IMG/VR virus record: IMGVR_UViG_3300036792_000363
Span: 60,774-124,773 of that record
From: a virus
Reading direction: 5' to 3' (one strand)
Length of the DNA: 64,000 nucleotides
Shown: piece after piece, positions 40,888 through 50,256 of the stretch
Position numbering within the stretch: position 1 is the first letter of the stretch
Layout: each line of letters starts with the position of its first letter
Made by a program: the position numbers and the translations under genes
The notes under the pieces: model-generated
What the model was told of the DNA's origin: nothing
What the model saw: the letters and a program-made list of their open reading frames with translations, nothing else
Databases searched by the model: none

Positions 40888-41808
40888 CTAGCCGTAGAGG
40901 GCCTCCCAGGTGTCCCGGCCGATGCGGCCGTCCTCCGTCAGCTTGTAGTGCCGCTGCACCGCCACCACCGCGGCCTTCATCTTGGCGCCGAACACGCCGT
41001 CGTCGGCGATGGCGGTCACCGCCCCCAGCCCGTTCCAGCGCCCGACGGCCGCGACCATCACCTGGGCCCGGTGCACGTAGAACGTCGACCCGGCCTTGTC
41101 GTCCGAGCCCTCCTCCAGCGTCGGCAGGTTCGCCATCATCTCATCCGTCCAGTTGAACTCGGCCCGCCAGGCGGCAAGCTCGTTGAGGTCGCCGTTGAAG
41201 TAGTCGAGGTCCCCGCCGCCGGGGCCGCCGCCCTGCTCCTTCTGCCAGAACACCCACATCGGCCAGGGGTGCACGTTCTCCGGCGGGGCCGGTTCGTACC
41301 AGGCGGCGAACAGCGGGTAGCGCGCGCAGGACGTCAGGTAGTTCTGCGCCATCCACATGTCGGTGTAGAGCATCACCGGGCACGTCGGCCCGACCAGCTC
41401 CTCCACCTTCTCCAGGAACGCCAGCGCGGCCGCGCCCACCGCGGTGCCCGCCGGCCCCCGCAGCAGCGGCAGGCTCATCCGGCGCGCGGGCGCGGCCCCG
41501 TACCGCTCCACCCCGTCCCCGCCGGAGAGGATCTCCACGTCGGCCAGGAACACGTCGCCGTCGCTGATCCCGTGCGCCCGCACGGTCGAGACGAAGAACT
41601 CGGCCTGGGTGACCGGGTTCTCGGCCGGGTGGAAGAAGTGGTAGGCCCCGCGGACGATGCCGGCGTGGCCCAGGTTCCCCCAGTTGGCCGCGAACGTCGG
41701 GTCGTCCCAGGTGGTGCCCTCGGTGGCCTTGGCGAACCCGAAGGAGTTCCCGCCCCACCCGGTGACGGGCTGGTAGGTGCTCCGGTCTTCGCCGGGCGCG
41801 TACGACAT
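40888..41808 (-). CDS. Endolysin: GH25 muramidase + peptidoglycan-binding domain
   Basis: FAKATEG..WDDP.F..NW, GAYHFF, LADVE, DLDYFNG; DDGVFG...AVVAVQ...LTEDGRIGRDTW. Confidence 0.85.
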   Translation of the reverse strand: MSYAPGEDRSTYQPVTGWGGNSFGFAKATEGTTWDDPTFAANWGNLGHAGIVRGAYHFFHPAENPVTQAEFFVSTVRAHGISDGDVFLADVEILSGGDGVERYGAAPARRMSLPLLRGPAGTAVGAAALAFLEKVEELVGPTCPVMLYTDMWMAQNYLTSCARYPLFAAWYEPAPPENVHPWPMWVFWQKEQGGGPGGGDLDYFNGDLNELAAWRAEFNWTDEMMANLPTLEEGSDDKAGSTFYVHRAQVMVAAVGRWNGLGAVTAIADDGVFGAKMKAAVVAVQRHYKLTEDGRIGRDTWEALYG

Positions 41809-41845
41809 CCGGACTCCCGCCTGCGAGGCAACACGACGCAGGGGG

Positions 41846-41851
41846 AATCGG
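41846..41851 (-). promoter_or_regulatory. Late promoter motif (G)CCGATT upstream of endolysin
   Basis: Motif match, short leader, GGGAG SD. Confidence 0.65.
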
Positions 41852-41855
41852 CCGG

Positions 41856-42794
41856 TTAGGTGACGGCCTGCCCGCAGGTCGGGCACAGGCCGGCCCGGGC
41901 CAGCGCGTCGTGCGCCGTCTGCCGCGCCCGGTCCGCCCGGTCCGACGCGTCCGACGCGACCTGCCGCAGCCGGGCGGCGTCCTCCCGGCCCTGCCGCAGC
42001 CGGGCGATGACGCCCGCCAGCCGGGCCTCGCGGGCCGCCAGCCCCTCCAGCCGGGCCAGGGACGGCGGCTCCCGGCGCGAGGCCTCGGCGCGGGCTCCCG
42101 CGGCCGCCGCCCGGGCGGCCCGCAGCCGGGCCGTGAGGGCCTCCAGCCGACGCAGCGACGCGGACGCCGCCTGCAGCCGCGCCAGCGCCTCCTCGGCGGC
42201 CTGGACGGCCTTCCTGCGCTCGCCCAGCCCGATGAAGGACTGCGCCTGCGCCAGCAGCGCCTCGCGGCGCTCGCGGGCCGCCTCCAGGTCCCGCTCGATC
42301 CGCTTGCGGCGGCGGCTGGCGCCCGCGGCGGCGGCCAGCACCCAGGACACGTTAGTCAGCTCGCCCAGCGTGCCGGCCAGCTTGGTGCCGGTCACGTCCA
42401 GCAGGTAGGGCATGTCGAACTGCCCGGCGAAGTTAAGCTCGGTCAGCCGCAGCGCGTCCGCCGCCTCCTGCGGCACCGCGCCGGCCAGCTTGGTGTGCTT
42501 GGTCCGCGTCCACGCCGCGCCGTCCCACGCGGCCACGTGGTAGGCGTCCAGCCTGCGCGAGCGGGAGCGGGTGATCCGGACCACGCCGGCGCCGTCCCCC
42601 ACCGCCACCGAGCACGAGGCGCGGCCGTTGGTGATGTAGCCGGTGCCGCGGGCGTTGAAGGCCAGCAGCCGCACGGCGCGGAAGACGGCGCTCTTGCCGG
42701 AGCTGGACGGGCCGGTGATGACGGTGAACATGCGCAGCGGGATGTCCACGGCGTCCAGGCTCTGGTACCCGCGGACCTCGATGCGCTCAAGCAC
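41856..42794 (-). CDS. sbcC: SbcC/Rad50 N-terminal half (Walker A, Q-loop, coiled coil, terminal zinc hook)
   Basis: LERIEVRGYQS, ITGPSSSGKSA, FAGQFD, ends CPTCGQAVT. Confidence 0.85.
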   Translation of the reverse strand: MLERIEVRGYQSLDAVDIPLRMFTVITGPSSSGKSAVFRAVRLLAFNARGTGYITNGRASCSVAVGDGAGVVRITRSRSRRLDAYHVAAWDGAAWTRTKHTKLAGAVPQEAADALRLTELNFAGQFDMPYLLDVTGTKLAGTLGELTNVSWVLAAAAGASRRRKRIERDLEAARERREALLAQAQSFIGLGERRKAVQAAEEALARLQAASASLRRLEALTARLRAARAAAAGARAEASRREPPSLARLEGLAAREARLAGVIARLRQGREDAARLRQVASDASDRADRARQTAHDALARAGLCPTCGQAVT

Positions 42795-42948
42795 GCGGGC
42801 CCCGCTCGATCCGGAACGGCAGCATCGGGATGATGACGATGTAGTCGGAGTCCTCGCCGTGGAACCACCCGATCCACAGGTCGCGCGGCTCGAACCACTG
42901 CGACCAGCGCCCAAGCTCCCACAGCCGGGTCTTCAGCTCCCAGAACAT
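42787..42948 (-). CDS. Trp-rich small protein (53 aa)
   Basis: FEPRDLWIGW motif; coupled overlaps. Confidence 0.6.
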   Translation of the reverse strand: MFWELKTRLWELGRWSQWFEPRDLWIGWFHGEDSDYIVIIPMLPFRIERGPRA

Positions 42949-43166
42949 CAGCCCGCCTCCGTCCGGTAGGAGTAGCCCGGGTACTCGGCTTCCCACGTCT
43001 CCGCGCACTCGCCGCAGGTCTGCAGGGCGGGCTCCACGTCGTCGTCGGAGTCCTCCGGCTCAAGCCAGACGCCCTCCATCTCGACGCGGCACTTCGGGCA
43101 GCAGATGACCATGACCAGCGGCTGCCGGTCCGACTCGGGAAGACTGGCGTCAGGCAGGCCTGGCAT
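42948..43166 (-). CDS. Small zinc-ribbon protein (CPKC...CGEC)
   Basis: Two CxxC pairs. Confidence 0.6.
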   Translation of the reverse strand: MPGLPDASLPESDRQPLVMVICCPKCRVEMEGVWLEPEDSDDDVEPALQTCGECAETWEAEYPGYSYRTEAG

Positions 43167-43365
43167 GGCCCCATCCGTTTCTCAGTGCGCTGCGGACCCG
43201 CGGCTGCAGGTCGCTCTTTAGTACCGGCACGCAGATCACGGGGTTCTGCGCCAGCGAGAACAGGTAGTGCCGGTCCGACCCGGTGGTGAAGACGCGCCAG
43301 CGCGTTCCGAACGCGCCGTTCACCTCGGCCACGAACTTCATTACCTGCAGCTCGGGGACCATCAT
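43150..43365 (-). CDS. Small hypothetical protein (71 aa)
   Basis: Starts 3 nt after upstream stop. Confidence 0.5.
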   Translation of the reverse strand: MMVPELQVMKFVAEVNGAFGTRWRVFTTGSDRHYLFSLAQNPVICVPVLKSDLQPRVRSALRNGWGHARPA

Positions 43366-43367
43366 CG

Positions 43368-44540
43368 CTACTCGGCCTCGTCCCGGGACCAGTCCTCCGG
43401 GACGGGCCGGCGGCAGCCGTGCTTGAGGCTGCCGTCGCACATGCCGCCGCCGCGGTGCACGATGTCCCCGCCGAACATCATCAGCGTCTGCGCGGTCCGC
43501 CAGCCCACCTCGTCGGTCAGGTTGGCGGCCTCGATGCCGGCGTTCATGATGGCGTACATGGTCAGGTCGCCGGGCAGGTCCTCGATCGCGACCGCGATCC
43601 GCAGCTGCTCGTCCCGCGGCACCTTGTTGTCCTTGAACAGCTCCCGCAGCAGGCGCCCGTAGTCGCCGTCCACCTGGCGCTTGACCAGCGCCTGCAGCCC
43701 GCTGAACGCGGACTCGACCCCGCCGAAGATGTCGCGGCAAGCCTCGGCGCACCAGGCGTACGCGCCCTCGGGGGTGGAGCCCCGGCGCTTGAACCCGCCG
43801 GAGGTGTGCTCGACGTCCAGGCACACCGCGGTGGTGGACAGGCGCATCATGCACCCGCTGACGATGGTCTGCTTGAGCGCGGTCAGGGAGTTGTGCACCT
43901 CGATGCCGTAGCACCAGGCGTCCTCGTCCTCGTCGGACCCGAGGATGATGCTCTGCACGGCCGGGAACAGCACCCGGAAGCTGGTGTGCTCCAGGTCCGT
44001 CCACAGCTTATAGTCCACGCAGGCGGTGTCGGCGGCCTCGTCGCCGAACCGGGCCCGCGCGCAGCGCAGCACCGTGTCCAGCAGCGTCACGTCGCTGAAC
44101 GGGACGATGGTGTCGCGGCACTGGGCCACCGCCAGCGGCACCCGCTCCCCGTTCTGGTCGGCGCCCGAGCCGGACAGCAGCAGCTTCAGCGGCCGCTCGC
44201 CCAGCCCGTCGCGCAGCGCGAAGTTGGCCGCCTGGGACAGCAGCGGCGCGGGCAGGAACTCCTGCAGCTTCTTCGGCACCCGCGCGGTCGAGCCGACCTG
44301 CTTGGCGGCCATGTGGGTCAGCTGGAACCAGCCGCCCGACGGGACGTACAGCCACGCCGGGGCCGGCTCCAGGTCCGGCACGGTGAACCAGTCCGCGCCG
44401 TGGACGACGGCCAGCCCGTCCTCGCCGCACTCGAAGGTGAAGCTGCCCAGCTGGTCGCCCAGGGCCAGCCGGGCGCGCGCGTCGTCCACCGGGATCATCC
44501 CGGCGTCGTCCGCGTCGAAGGGAACGCTGGTCCAGGTCAT
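43368..44540 (-). CDS. Hypothetical protein, possibly DUF932-like (390 aa)
   Basis: YGIEVHNSLTA...IVSGCMMRLS pattern; strong SD. Confidence 0.6.
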   Translation of the reverse strand: MTWTSVPFDADDAGMIPVDDARARLALGDQLGSFTFECGEDGLAVVHGADWFTVPDLEPAPAWLYVPSGGWFQLTHMAAKQVGSTARVPKKLQEFLPAPLLSQAANFALRDGLGERPLKLLLSGSGADQNGERVPLAVAQCRDTIVPFSDVTLLDTVLRCARARFGDEAADTACVDYKLWTDLEHTSFRVLFPAVQSIILGSDEDEDAWCYGIEVHNSLTALKQTIVSGCMMRLSTTAVCLDVEHTSGGFKRRGSTPEGAYAWCAEACRDIFGGVESAFSGLQALVKRQVDGDYGRLLRELFKDNKVPRDEQLRIAVAIEDLPGDLTMYAIMNAGIEAANLTDEVGWRTAQTLMMFGGDIVHRGGGMCDGSLKHGCRRPVPEDWSRDEAE

Positions 44541-44550
44541 TGACGGTCTC

Positions 44551-45132
44551 CTATCCGGCGTCGGCCGCCAGCGCGGCCAGCCGCGGCCAGTCGATGACCG
44601 GCTCGCTCTTGTGGGTCCGCTTGTTCACCCTGACCCGGCGCAGGACCGCCTCGCGGTCGGCCGGCATCTTCACCAGCGGCAGGCCGTACGCGGCGGCCCC
44701 CATGGCCGCCAGGGTGAAGGCGTCCGCCTCGTCGTCGCCCCGGACGTCGACCAGCGGGAACCGCTTGACGACCTCCAGCACGCACTCGACCTTCTCGGCC
44801 TTGCCCTTGCCGGTCAGCCACAGCACCCGCGAGGCCGGCTCCACCACCGCGTAGGGCACGCCCATCTCGTACAGGGCGTGCCTGACCAGCCAGTGCAGCC
44901 CGACCAGGGCCATGTGCGTCTGCGCGCCCGGCAGGCGGCTGAATGGCGCGCCCTCGACCACCGCCACATCGCAGCCCCGGGCGATGGTCATCACCTCGGA
45001 CATCAGGTACGCGAGCCGGGGGTGGCCCGTCAGCTTGGTCTGGAACCGGAACAGCTCCGGCGCCACCCCCGGCCCCTGCACGACCGCCCCGCCGAACGAC
45101 GTCAGCGAGGGGTCTAGGCCGCAGACGCGCAC
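44551..45132 (-). CDS. ruvC: RuvC-like Holliday junction resolvase
   Basis: VCGLDPSLTSFG, VAVVEG, GKGKAEK, DDEADAFTLA. Confidence 0.9.
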   Translation of the reverse strand: MRVCGLDPSLTSFGGAVVQGPGVAPELFRFQTKLTGHPRLAYLMSEVMTIARGCDVAVVEGAPFSRLPGAQTHMALVGLHWLVRHALYEMGVPYAVVEPASRVLWLTGKGKAEKVECVLEVVKRFPLVDVRGDDEADAFTLAAMGAAAYGLPLVKMPADREAVLRRVRVNKRTHKSEPVIDWPRLAALAADAG

Positions 45133-45134
45133 GC

Positions 45135-46397
45135 TCAGCCTTCCAGGCCTTCGAAGATGTCGTCGAACGACTTGGCAGTTCCCGGGGCGGCAGGTGCGGG
45201 CGCCGCCGGGGCCTGCGCAGCCGCCGGGGGAGCTGCGACGGCAGGCGCAGCCGCCGGGGCCTGCACGGGCGCCGCCGGGGCGGCAGGTGCGGGCGGCACA
45301 TCCGCCGGGCCGCCGAACAGGTCGTCGTCCGGGGCCGGGGGCAGGGGAGCGGCCGCCGCCAGCGCGGGCTGCTGGTCCGGGGCGGCGAACTCCGCCATCC
45401 CGCCCGGGTGCCCGTCCAGCGGGTCGTCGGCGAGCGCGGACGGGGCGAACAGGTCGTCGCTGTCCAGGCTGGCCGACAGGCCGTCGATGCTGGCCGACAG
45501 GGAGTTCGTGCCGAGCGCCAGCGCGCCGCCGCCGGTCGGGTCAGCCCCGGCCGGGCTGCTGGCGCCGTGCGCCTTCCGCCAGCGCCACTCCACGTCCTCG
45601 GTGTCGCGCGCCAGCCATTCGAGGGTGCTGTCCCGCCCGCAGGCCGCCCGCAGCTGCTCGTCGGTGGGCCGGTTCTCCTCGTTCCCCCACAGCGCCGCGA
45701 TGAAGGCCTTGACCTGCCGGCCGCCCTCCGACTGGTGCTGCCAGATGGCGCGCAGCGCCCAGATGCGGTCGTACTTCTGCCAGGCCTTGTTGTCGCAGTG
45801 GATGGCGAGGTCGCACATCGACAGCTTGACCTGATCCTTGAGGACGTCCTTCTCGGGCGTGCTCAGCAGCTCCGCCATCTGGCCGCGGGTCTCGTCCAGC
45901 TGCTTGTACGTCCACCCGGACATCGCCCATACCAGGATGGAGCCGCCCGGCGGGGTCTGCAGCGGCGCGGGCTCGGTCCGCTTGAGGGTGGTGTACCGGA
46001 TCACCGGCACGGCCAGACGCAACTGCGCCTTCATGTCCACGGCCTCGGTGATGCCGTCGTCCACCAGGCGCTTGATCATCGCGCAGGCCAGGCACTTGTC
46101 GACGTCAAGCCCCTGCGACTTGAGCGTCTCCTCGTCGCCCTTGCAGATGGGGCGGCCGAGGAAGTCGGTCTCGATGACCGGGCGCTCGATGCCCCGGATC
46201 GTCTTGGTCCCCATCAGCGGCGAGCCGTCCTCCCTGAACAGCGGGACGCGCAGCGTGTGGGTGTACTCGCGCCAGGCCTTCTTCTGGTCGGGGATCCAGA
46301 GGCGGGCGACCTCATCCTTATCCAGCTTGAGCTGGTCGTACCGGTCGCCGCCCTGCTCCTCGCGGTAGGCCCCGGACTCCAGGTTTGCTCTCGGCAT
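45135..46397 (-). CDS. Single-stranded DNA-binding protein (gp32-like, Zn-binding)
   Basis: CKGDE...CLAC Cys cluster, OB-like core, long Ala/Pro linker and acidic tail (DDIFEGLEG). Confidence 0.6.
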   Translation of the reverse strand: MPRANLESGAYREEQGGDRYDQLKLDKDEVARLWIPDQKKAWREYTHTLRVPLFREDGSPLMGTKTIRGIERPVIETDFLGRPICKGDEETLKSQGLDVDKCLACAMIKRLVDDGITEAVDMKAQLRLAVPVIRYTTLKRTEPAPLQTPPGGSILVWAMSGWTYKQLDETRGQMAELLSTPEKDVLKDQVKLSMCDLAIHCDNKAWQKYDRIWALRAIWQHQSEGGRQVKAFIAALWGNEENRPTDEQLRAACGRDSTLEWLARDTEDVEWRWRKAHGASSPAGADPTGGGALALGTNSLSASIDGLSASLDSDDLFAPSALADDPLDGHPGGMAEFAAPDQQPALAAAAPLPPAPDDDLFGGPADVPPAPAAPAAPVQAPAAAPAVAAPPAAAQAPAAPAPAAPGTAKSFDDIFEGLEG

Positions 46398-46434
46398 TCG
46401 CGTCTCCTGACTTGGCGAGTAGCTCTTTGGTGTC

Positions 46435-46441
46435 TAATACG
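46435..46441 (-). promoter_or_regulatory. Class II promoter motif CGTATTA upstream of SSB
   Basis: Motif; leader with AGGAG SD. Confidence 0.6.
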
Positions 46442-46459
46442 CCCGAGCCGCGCGGGCCC

Positions 46460-46621
46460 TCAGCGGTCCGAGACGAACCGGATGGTCTGCGTGCCGGGGT
46501 CGAACTCGATCCGGTCGACGGTGTACCACCAGGGCTCAACGGCGTCGGGGATCTGCAGCTTGCACGGCCCGTACTCGTTCTGAATGCGCTCGATCTCCTC
46601 CAGCGCCTCCGGAGACTCCAA
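46460..46621 (-). CDS. 53-aa hypothetical protein (MESPEALEEIERIQNEYG...)
   Basis: TTG start with GGGAAG SD; GC3-rich codons. Confidence 0.5.
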   Translation of the reverse strand: MESPEALEEIERIQNEYGPCKLQIPDAVEPWWYTVDRIEFDPGTQTIRFVSDR

Positions 46622-46658
46622 CGATCTTCCCTTCCGCCGGGTTTTGGCGGAGCGATCG

Positions 46659-47165
46659 TCACGACTCCAGCGAGTGCAGCCAGGGCAGGAAGCTGTCCAG
46701 CGTGGTGAGCAGCTCCTTGCGGATGTCGCGCAGGCCGAAGAACGACGACCGCAGCGAGTCCTCGGCCTCCTCCACCCGGTCGAGCACGACCGCGGCGGCG
46801 CGCGCCTGCCTGCGCAGCGGCGAGGCCTTGATCCGGGCCCCCACCAGCCGGTCCTGCGCGCTCTCGAACTCGCGCGTGACCGCGCGCTCGGCCCGCCGGT
46901 TCAGCTCGGTGTCGTAGACCTCGTTCGCCTTGTCGTCCAGCCGCCGGTAGGCGCGCCGGACCCGGCGCTTGGCCCTGGCGATCTCCTGCACGAGCCCCTC
47001 GGCGGCGTCCAGCCGGGCGCGCAGCTCGCGCACCGCCTGGTGCACGTCGTCGGGCAGCGCGTCGTGCGGCGGGATCTCGAACTCGCGCAGCGTCCTCATG
47101 GCGGCCAGCGTCTGGTCGATCAGGGCGACCGTCTCCGGCTCCAGGCTCTCCAGGTCGTCGATCAC
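46659..47165 (-). CDS. Coiled-coil hypothetical protein (168 aa)
   Basis: Helical; GTGA coupling. Confidence 0.7.
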   Translation of the reverse strand: MIDDLESLEPETVALIDQTLAAMRTLREFEIPPHDALPDDVHQAVRELRARLDAAEGLVQEIARAKRRVRRAYRRLDDKANEVYDTELNRRAERAVTREFESAQDRLVGARIKASPLRRQARAAAVVLDRVEEAEDSLRSSFFGLRDIRKELLTTLDSFLPWLHSLES

Positions 47166-47527
47166 TGCGCTGCGGCCGCCTGCTGCGCCGCGCGGCGCTC
47201 CTCGGCCTCCGCCAGCGCCGCGGCGAGCGCGGGCACGTACTTGGCCAGCACCCGGTCGCGCCGGCCCCGGTGGAGCTTGATGCCAGCCTTCAGCTCGCCC
47301 TCCTCCACGGAGCCCCTCGGTGTCCAGGACAGGGCCAGGTAGGCCGTGAAAGACTGCAGCTCCTCGTCCATGGCCATAAGCACGTCGGAGGAGATCATGG
47401 CCGCCGACGTCTTCTCCGGGTCGTCGGCCCCCGCCTCGGCGAGCATCCGCAGCAAATCGGACTCCTCCACCATGGCGCTGACCTTGTTCCGGCCGAAGTC
47501 GGTGCTCACACCGCGCTGAACGTTCAT
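47162..47527 (-). CDS. Hypothetical protein (121 aa)
   Basis: TGTAGTA-N6-ATG start. Confidence 0.65.
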   Translation of the reverse strand: MNVQRGVSTDFGRNKVSAMVEESDLLRMLAEAGADDPEKTSAAMISSDVLMAMDEELQSFTAYLALSWTPRGSVEEGELKAGIKLHRGRRDRVLAKYVPALAAALAEAEERRAAQQAAAAQ

Positions 47528-47533
47528 GTCACC

Positions 47534-47540
47534 TACTACA
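47534..47540 (-). promoter_or_regulatory. Class II promoter motif TGTAGTA, 6 nt before ATG 47527
   Basis: N6 spacing. Confidence 0.65.
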
Positions 47541-50055
47541 GGTCGAGGTCCCCGGCGAGGGCCTCCGCGTCCACCGAGTCGAGAGCGTAGTGCACCGACC
47601 CGCCGCCCAGGATGAGCGACACCCGCGCCTCGTGCCCCGGGGTCAGCCCGCAGGGGAAGCCGACCGGCACCACGGCGTCCGGCACGTGCAGCTCCACCGT
47701 GTTGGCGCCGGGCAGCTGGCGCAGGTACGTGGCCAACTGCGCCGCCTGGTCGCGCGACGGCGCGCTTTTCGCCAGCACAATCACTTTCCTCGGCGGACCC
47801 GCCGCAGGCAGGGGGCTCGGGAGATCGGGGACGACCTCGGCCGGGGCAGGCTCGGGAGGCGGCGCAGGGCGCTTTTTCTTCTGCTTCACCCGGACGCTGC
47901 CGTCGTCGAGGACCTCGATCTCCTTCTTGCCGCCCCACGACTCGCCGATGTGCCAGTCCGCCACCAGGGTGGGCCACGCGACGCCGGGCCCGTTGATGGG
48001 CACGATGACCGCCGGGTGCAGCACGGCGATGACGTCGGCGGGGGCGACGTCGCGCCGCACCTCGAACTCCAGCGCGTCGTGCACGTTCATAATCAGGCGA
48101 ACCCGGTCCGACAGCCCGGCCTTCTCCAGCGCCTTCACCGCGCGGACCATGACCGCCTTCACGTAGTCGCCGGTGGCCGGGCCCTGGATAACGCAGTTGC
48201 CGGCGGTGCGCTCCTCGGCCGACCGGACCCGCTTGTTCTCGTTCCAGATGTCGTGCAGCGTCACCCGCCGCCCGAACTTGGTGATGACGAAGCCCAGGCG
48301 GCGGGCCTCGGCCACCACGCGCCGGGAGTAGGGCTTCAGCCTCGGGTACGCGCGGTGGTAGTCGGCGAACAGCTGCTCGCACTCCTCCAGCGGCTTGCCC
48401 GTCTGCTCGGCCATGCCGTGCGGGCTCAGGCCGTAGCCGATGGCGAAGTTCATCCGCTTGCCCTTGTCCTGGCGCTGCTCGTCGGTGACGTCCTCCAGCG
48501 GGATGCCGAGCATGCGCGAGGCGGTGAGGCGGTGCACGTCCTCGCCGCGCTCGAACGCCTCCAGCAGCTCCGTCTCCCCCGCCTCGGCCGCCAGCACCCG
48601 CAGCTCGATCTGGCTGTAGTCGAACCCGAGGATGTACCAGGGGATCGCGCTCGGCTCGTCCGGCGGGGTCCAGCCGGCCTCGATGAGCACCAGCTCCCAC
48701 CACTGCCGCTGCCCCGGCAGGGCCGGGATGATGGCGTCGCGGAAGTTGAAGTCGAACGTGTCCCCGTCAGCCAGCACCACGTGGTACTTGCCGGGCGGCT
48801 GCTGGGCGTTGGGGCTCTCGCAGGAGAACCGGCCGGCGATGGTGCCGTGCTGCACCAGCAGCGGATGCGCCCGGCCGTCGGCCGCCCACAGGTACTTCTC
48901 CTCGTAGATGTCCAGGAAGTTGTCGATCAGGGTGTTCAGCCGCCGCCACTGGTGGTACCGGGCGACCGCCGGGTACTCGGCGATGAGCCGCGGCAGCGCC
49001 TTCTTCGCGTCGGTCGACGCCTTGGGCACCCCCGACTTGCCGCCGTCGGTCCAGTGGTAGACCGGCATCTTGCACTTGACGTAGAACAGGTCGGCCAGCT
49101 GCTGCGACGACCCGAAGTTGAAGTCCGGCGGCAGCCGCTCCCCGCACAGCTCCTCGAATCCCTCGATCACCTCCGGCAGCAGCCGGTTGGCGAACTCGCG
49201 CGCGTCCTCGGCGGCGCGGCGGATCATGTCCCAGTCGTACTGCAGCCCGGTGTCGGCCATCTGGCAGACGACCGGCAGCACCGCCATCTCCACCTTGTAC
49301 GGGAACCCGTTCCGCACTTTCGGCCAGCGCCGCAGGTGGTGCCCGAGCGCGTACACCACGTCCTCGCAGGCGTAGGAGATGACCTCCGGCGCGCTCGGGT
49401 CGAACACGTTGAACCGGACCGAGTTGCCCTCCTGCGAGGTGGGGGCCCGCCCCAGGTGCCAGGCCAGCAGGCTGCCCGGGCCGTCTTTCAGCTCCCGCAT
49501 CTGGTGCCCGAACCCGCCCTTGCCCGGCGGCAGGGCGGTCATGTTCTTGAGGCCGTGCGAGGGGTTGACGCCCTCGGCGAACGACTCCAGCAGAGTGCAG
49601 GACCGGATGGGGTAGTACCCGCGGGCGGCGATCACCTGGCGCCCGTACAGCGGGTGGTCCCACAGGTTCCGCAGGAACCACCGGGCGAGCCAGCGCAGCT
49701 CGGCGACCGCCCCGTGCGCTATGGCGAGCGGCAGCCCCTCGTCGTCGAGAGCGTGCAGCATCGGCCAGAGGATGGCGGCGGCGGCCTTGTTGTCGACGTT
49801 CTCGCCCGAGTCGAACCCGAGGGGGATCAGCCGCGCCCAGGACATGTCGTTGGTGAACTGGAAGGAGACGATGAGGTTCTCCTCCGCGTGCAGCGACACG
49901 CCCTCCCGGCTGTCGCCGTGGTACCCGGTCTCGACGTCGATGGCGATCGGCAGCTTCGCGGCGGCCAGCGCCTCGCAGCGCTCGCGGATCTCCGCCAGGT
50001 CGGTCAGCGCCGCGGTGCTGGGCGAGGCGGGGGCCTCCAGGACCGCCGCCGTCAC
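47536..50055 (-). CDS. polA: Family A DNA polymerase with 3'-5' exonuclease
   Basis: IAIDVETG (ExoI), GTIAGRFSCESPNAQQ, GFDYSQIELRVLA (A), KRMNFAIGYG (B), MNVHDALEFE (C). Confidence 0.95.
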   Translation of the reverse strand: MTAAVLEAPASPSTAALTDLAEIRERCEALAAAKLPIAIDVETGYHGDSREGVSLHAEENLIVSFQFTNDMSWARLIPLGFDSGENVDNKAAAAILWPMLHALDDEGLPLAIAHGAVAELRWLARWFLRNLWDHPLYGRQVIAARGYYPIRSCTLLESFAEGVNPSHGLKNMTALPPGKGGFGHQMRELKDGPGSLLAWHLGRAPTSQEGNSVRFNVFDPSAPEVISYACEDVVYALGHHLRRWPKVRNGFPYKVEMAVLPVVCQMADTGLQYDWDMIRRAAEDAREFANRLLPEVIEGFEELCGERLPPDFNFGSSQQLADLFYVKCKMPVYHWTDGGKSGVPKASTDAKKALPRLIAEYPAVARYHQWRRLNTLIDNFLDIYEEKYLWAADGRAHPLLVQHGTIAGRFSCESPNAQQPPGKYHVVLADGDTFDFNFRDAIIPALPGQRQWWELVLIEAGWTPPDEPSAIPWYILGFDYSQIELRVLAAEAGETELLEAFERGEDVHRLTASRMLGIPLEDVTDEQRQDKGKRMNFAIGYGLSPHGMAEQTGKPLEECEQLFADYHRAYPRLKPYSRRVVAEARRLGFVITKFGRRVTLHDIWNENKRVRSAEERTAGNCVIQGPATGDYVKAVMVRAVKALEKAGLSDRVRLIMNVHDALEFEVRRDVAPADVIAVLHPAVIVPINGPGVAWPTLVADWHIGESWGGKKEIEVLDDGSVRVKQKKKRPAPPPEPAPAEVVPDLPSPLPAAGPPRKVIVLAKSAPSRDQAAQLATYLRQLPGANTVELHVPDAVVPVGFPCGLTPGHEARVSLILGGGSVHYALDSVDAEALAGDLDL

Positions 50056-50219
50056 CGCGCCGCCTTGTCCTCGGCGTCCAGCCGGGCGCGCACCTCGCCC
50101 CACTGGGCGTCGCTCACGACCTCCAGGACCGCCCCGAGCACCCGCTCCAGGGAGGCCTTCTCGGCCGTCACCTCGTCCAGCCTGGCCTGCAGCTCCACCA
50201 GGTCCTCCTCAGCGCTCAT
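50052..50219 (-). CDS. Small coiled-coil protein (55 aa)
   Basis: GTGA-coupled to polA. Confidence 0.55.
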   Translation of the reverse strand: MSAEEDLVELQARLDEVTAEKASLERVLGAVLEVVSDAQWGEVRARLDAEDKAAR

Positions 50220-50245
50220 AACCGGGTAATGCCCCGCCGTGTCGT

Positions 50246-50252
50246 TACTACG
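50246..50252 (-). promoter_or_regulatory. Class II promoter motif CGTAGTA upstream of the polA operon
   Basis: Motif match. Confidence 0.6.
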
Positions 50253-50256
50253 GCCC

